Below are positions 61,082 to 64,000 of a stretch of 64,000 bases of DNA, in pieces. Source of the stretch: Bacteroidota bacterium (GTDB taxonomy: Bacteria; Bacteroidota; Bacteroidia; Bacteroidales; VadinHA17); the NCBI GenBank assembly GCA_016718875.1, contig JADKBL010000007.1, positions 73,680 to 137,679 on the forward strand. Direction: 5' to 3'. Within the stretch, counting starts at the first letter, position 1. Every line of letters starts with the position of its first letter. The notes below the pieces were generated by a model. That model saw only the letters and a program-made list of their open reading frames with translations. It made no database searches and was not told the origin of the DNA. The position numbers and the translations under genes are program-made.

Positions 61082-61744
61082 TTAATATGCTTTTTTATCA
61101 GCCCTGATTATCTGGCGTTTCCCGGGCGGTCCGGGCAGCAAAGTGACGTTAAATCCGCAGCTTCGCAGGTTCCTTTTTACCTCTCCTTTTGCCGAATATG
61201 TTACAAATATGCCGTTTTCTTTAGTCACTGCCGCAATTCTTTCAAACACATCCCTGGTCCACATCTCAGGCTGCTTGTCGGGTCCGAAGGCATCAAAATA
61301 AATAAGGTCATATTCACCTTGAGGGATTGAAGCTGTTACATCTCCTTCTATCTTATTTAGTATGAAATTATTGCAGATTTTCACATCCGTGTTCCATGGT
61401 GATCTGTGGATCAGTTCAAACAGTTCACGCGTGTCTTCACCCATTATCCTGTGATAATTGAGGGAAGATGTGATCTCTCCCGGCAGAGGGTATTTCTCAA
61501 TGGAGGTGTAATGAACAGAACGATTTCCGCTGCATGCTTTTATTGCAGTAAGAAATGCATTAAGCCCCGTCCCGAAACCAATCTCAAGTATGTTAAGAGG
61601 ATCAGCTTTGCAGGCATCGAATCCGCATTTAATAAAGATGTGCTGCGACTCCTGTATCGCCCCGTGAATTGAATGGTAATGCTCATTCATCTCCGGAACA
61701 AACAGCGTATGTGAGCCGTCTTCGGTTAGTATTATCTCTGCCAT
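61082..61744 (-). CDS. mnmD: tRNA (mnm5s2U34) methyltransferase MnmD (MnmC C-terminal-domain homolog)
   Basis: ..EDGSHTLF..HSIHGA..ILEIGFGTGLN..DLIYFDAFGPDKQPEMW..TYSAKG..PGPPGKR. Confidence 0.75.
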   Translation of the reverse strand: MAEIILTEDGSHTLFVPEMNEHYHSIHGAIQESQHIFIKCGFDACKADPLNILEIGFGTGLNAFLTAIKACSGNRSVHYTSIEKYPLPGEITSSLNYHRIMGEDTRELFELIHRSPWNTDVKICNNFILNKIEGDVTASIPQGEYDLIYFDAFGPDKQPEMWTRDVFERIAAVTKENGIFVTYSAKGEVKRNLRSCGFNVTLLPGPPGKRQIIRADKKAY

Positions 61745-61760
61745 GTTTTTAAATCAATAA

Positions 61761-61870
61761 CCCTTTCTCTTTGCGTCTTAGCGTCTTTGCGAGAACCCTT
61801 TCTCTTTGAGCTTAACCTTTGTGTCCTCTGTGTAATCCCGATAGCTATCGGGACTCCGTGTCCTCTGTGT
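61761..61870 (+). repeat. Composite intergenic repeat block
   Basis: ccctttctctttg x2 (61761, 61796). gcgtctt(a/t) x2 (61773..61788). gtgtcctctgtgt x2 (61821, 61858), flanking a perfect 16-nt palindrome cccgatagctatcggg (61837..61852). Confidence 0.8.
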
Positions 61871-62031
61871 TTAAAAATCTTCCCACTCAGAATGCCTCAC
61901 GAAATTACCATTATTACACGAATTTTTTCCACCCCTGTCGGATATTGAGAGTAATATGCTAATTTTATTCGCTCAATTTTTGAGTCTTAAAGGTAAATAA
62001 AGTGTATAACCTATAAATTTTTAATCCAGTC

Positions 62032-62971
62032 ATGAAAACAACACGTTCAAGAAGAGATTTTCTCAGAGTGTCGGCCGCAGGTGCCCTGGGTGCTTTTGTA
62101 CTGACACAGAACTCCTGCAAGTCGGGCGGCGCTCCCGCACCGGTTGCAGCAGCTGATCCGAAAACATTCGGGATCGGACTTCAGCTCTATACAATCCGCG
62201 ATGCCATGGGAACCGATGTGCCCGGTTCACTGAAGAAGGTATCGGATGCCGGTTACAAATACCTCGAACTGGCCGGCTACAAAGACGGTAAATTCTACGG
62301 AATGGATCCCGTTGAATTCAAAAAGCTTGTGAATGACCTTGGAATGGAAGTATTAAGCAGCCATACTCAGGTTGAAGCTCAGGGTATTACACTCGACAAT
62401 GCAAAGAAGATGGCAGAAGACCATGCAAAGCTTGGAGTTAAGTACTGCGTGCAGCCATGGGTGGTTGAAGAGGCAAGGAAGACAGTTGCCAGTTACCAGA
62501 AGATGGTTGCCGACTGGAACCTTGTAGGCGGTATAATGAAGGAGAATGGCATGGTATTCGGTTACCACAACCATAACTTCGAATTTGATACTGTTGAAGG
62601 CAAAGTGCCCTATTTTGACATATTCCTTGCTGAACTCGATAAGGATCTTGTAACAATGGAACTCGACCTTTTCTGGACATCCAAGGCAGGTCAGAATCCC
62701 GATTGAGATAATCAAGAAATACCCGGGCCGTTTCCAGCTTTTCCACATGAAAGATATGTACACCAATGAAGCTCCATTCTTTACAACAGTGGGAGTGAAG
62801 GACTTTGCACCTGTAGGTGAGGGAGTCATTAACTTTAAGGATATACTTGCAGTTAAGGACATTGCCGGCATGAAGTATATGATTGTTGAGCAGGACCAGT
62901 CGAGAGATATGGACTTCTTTGGCGATATAAACAAGAGTATCACAAACCTTACAACAAAGATCCTCGTTTAG
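62032..62971 (+). pseudogene. Tat-exported sugar phosphate isomerase/epimerase (xylose-isomerase-like TIM barrel), one frame break
   Basis: Tat signal MKTTRSRRDFLRVSAAGALG. ..YKYLELAG.., ..GYHNHNFEF.., ..MELDLFW... The break near 62700 joins ..GQNP / IEIIKKYPGRFQLFHMKD.. (track ORF 62747..62971). Confidence 0.8.
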
Positions 62972-62999
62972 GAGATTGGATGCTGATTTATGAATTAAG

Positions 63000-63030
63000 A
63001 GGGTGCTGTTACAGGCACCTTCTTTGTTTT
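63000..63030 (+). terminator. Rho-independent terminator
   Basis: aggGTGC-tgttacag-GCACCt stem-loop followed by tctttgtttt. Confidence 0.45.
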
Positions 63031-63042
63031 AGTCATAAGTTG

Positions 63043-63281
63043 GTCATTCGATAGTCATTCGATAGTCATTCGATTGAATGATCAGCAGGTAGTCAACAAC
63101 CAATGACGGCCGCAGGCCAAATGACCACTAATGACGGCGCAGCCAAATCACCAAAAATGACGGCGAAGCCAAATGACTTTTCCTCTGTGTCCCTCCGTGC
63201 ACAGCCGAAGGCGACCTCCGTGAACTCCGTGGTTAAATTCTTTGCCTGTAGCCTGTAGCCTGTAGCCGGTTGCCTGTCGCC
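63043..63281 (+). repeat. Stack of four different short tandem repeat families
   Basis: gtcattcgata x3 (63043..63075). aatgacggcg..gccaaatgac x3 with 26-28 nt period (63102..63177). ctccgtg x3 (63193..63231). gcctgta x3 plus two variants (63244..63281). Confidence 0.85.
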
Positions 63282-63589
63282 TATATTTTTTTCAACACCC
63301 CTTCCATTCCTGCCCCCTTTTTCATAAATTTGGATTGCAATGCCATTTTGTTGGGTCTGATTCCGGTTATGTAGTATGAGGAGCAAAGCATTTTATAGGC
63401 GATGTTGGTCATTTTGCTTTTGGGACTGACGTGGCGGGAGTTTGAGTTGAAGGCTGGTTTTGAGAGAAAATTGTAGGAGTATTTAAGGGATATAAATGAA
63501 ACAAAAAGTGACTATAAAATACTAAATTAGAGGATTAGAGTTACTTTATGTTGGTATATAAACAAGTTATGCATAATACCTTCATACCA

Positions 63590-64000
63590 TGATAGATAGT
63601 ACGTTGATTATTCCAACAGAAAAGCCCTACAATCCAAAATCACGTTAAACGGGCATTATTGACATTTGATAAGGTTTATCTCTTTTCCCCAGACGATAGG
63701 GATATTCCGTCTAACATGTATACTCGGTTGACAACTGGAATGCCGATAGGAGTTCCTATGGGGTCCAGTAAGACCATTAGGCAAATCGGATAACTATGAC
63801 AATGACTTTGAAAGACTTATTCAAGATTTTGATCTGGCAATTAAGCAAGAATCCCTTTCAATTCTAAAAAAGCCAATTGAAGAACAATCCATGACTATTG
63901 GAGGCATCCCACTTCCTGAAGACACACCGCCTCCAGATTTTGTTTTTGGCAATTACAGAAACCTAATTTCAAATCCTGAATTTATTTCTGTCGTTAGCAG
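63590..64000 (+). other. Possible frame-broken gene of unknown function running off the window
   Basis: An ATG at ~63590 (MIDSTLIIPTEKPYNPK) is followed in other frames by ..LTFDKVYLFSPDDRDIPSNMYTRLTTGMPIGVPMG.. and ..GKSDNYDNDFERLIQDFDLAIKQE...PEFISVVS, which is open to the end. No family recognised. Confidence 0.25.

Noticed and set aside
62353-62943. 196-aa minus-strand ORF.
   Set aside because: It is antisense to the Tat-exported TIM-barrel isomerase gene.
63093-63386. 97-aa minus-strand ORF.
   Set aside because: It lies entirely over the stacked tandem repeats. Its low-complexity translation is generated by the repeats, and there is no start context.

Overview
About 40% GC chromosomal DNA that reads as a Bacteroidota genome. 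Support: many SpII-type lipoprotein signals, TAnnTTTG -7 boxes 20-60 nt upstream of starts, Y_Y_Y propeller regulators, and FISUMP, DUF5777-like and DUF2961 families. I count roughly 55 protein genes and one tRNA-Pro(UGG). I found no rRNA, CRISPR array, transposase, integrase or phage genes.

Housekeeping genes: prfC, acs, an ABC-F ATPase, a cold-shock protein, ugd plus UDP-glucuronate decarboxylase, metA, ppk1, pfkA, purL, dcp, cyclophilin plus FKBP isomerases, and mnmD.

Accessory blocks:
- (i) Two tandem PAS sensor kinases; one has a long heptad-repeat N-terminus.
- (ii) A tightly packed minus-strand operon: monoheme cytochrome c, beta-barrel protein, YceI, and a propeller/PP2C phosphatase, with a Tat-Rieske lipoprotein just upstream.
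- (iii) A polyphosphate neighbourhood: ppk1, a SixA-like phosphatase, pfk and a CHAD protein.
- (iv) A sulfur block: a Psr/Phs-like Mo-oxidoreductase ABC operon, a split YeeE/YedE pair, and a Cys-less rhodanese with a Cys-terminated tail.
- (v) A five-gene heterodisulfide-reductase-like cluster that ends in a membrane-anchored HdrD-type protein. This is my best candidate for an under-described system.

Two window-wide observations:
- Many genes in the first ~36 kb are broken only by indels, mostly in mononucleotide runs. The psrA-like gene is extreme, with about 19 breaks. This looks like patchy consensus error rather than decay, so every 'pseudogene' label below is provisional.
- Intergenic DNA carries unusual GC-rich short tandem repeats (7, 11 and ~27 nt units) and a dispersed ~28-nt repeat.

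All functional calls come from motif recognition by eye. No database search was run. My position counting within sequence lines may be off by a base in places.
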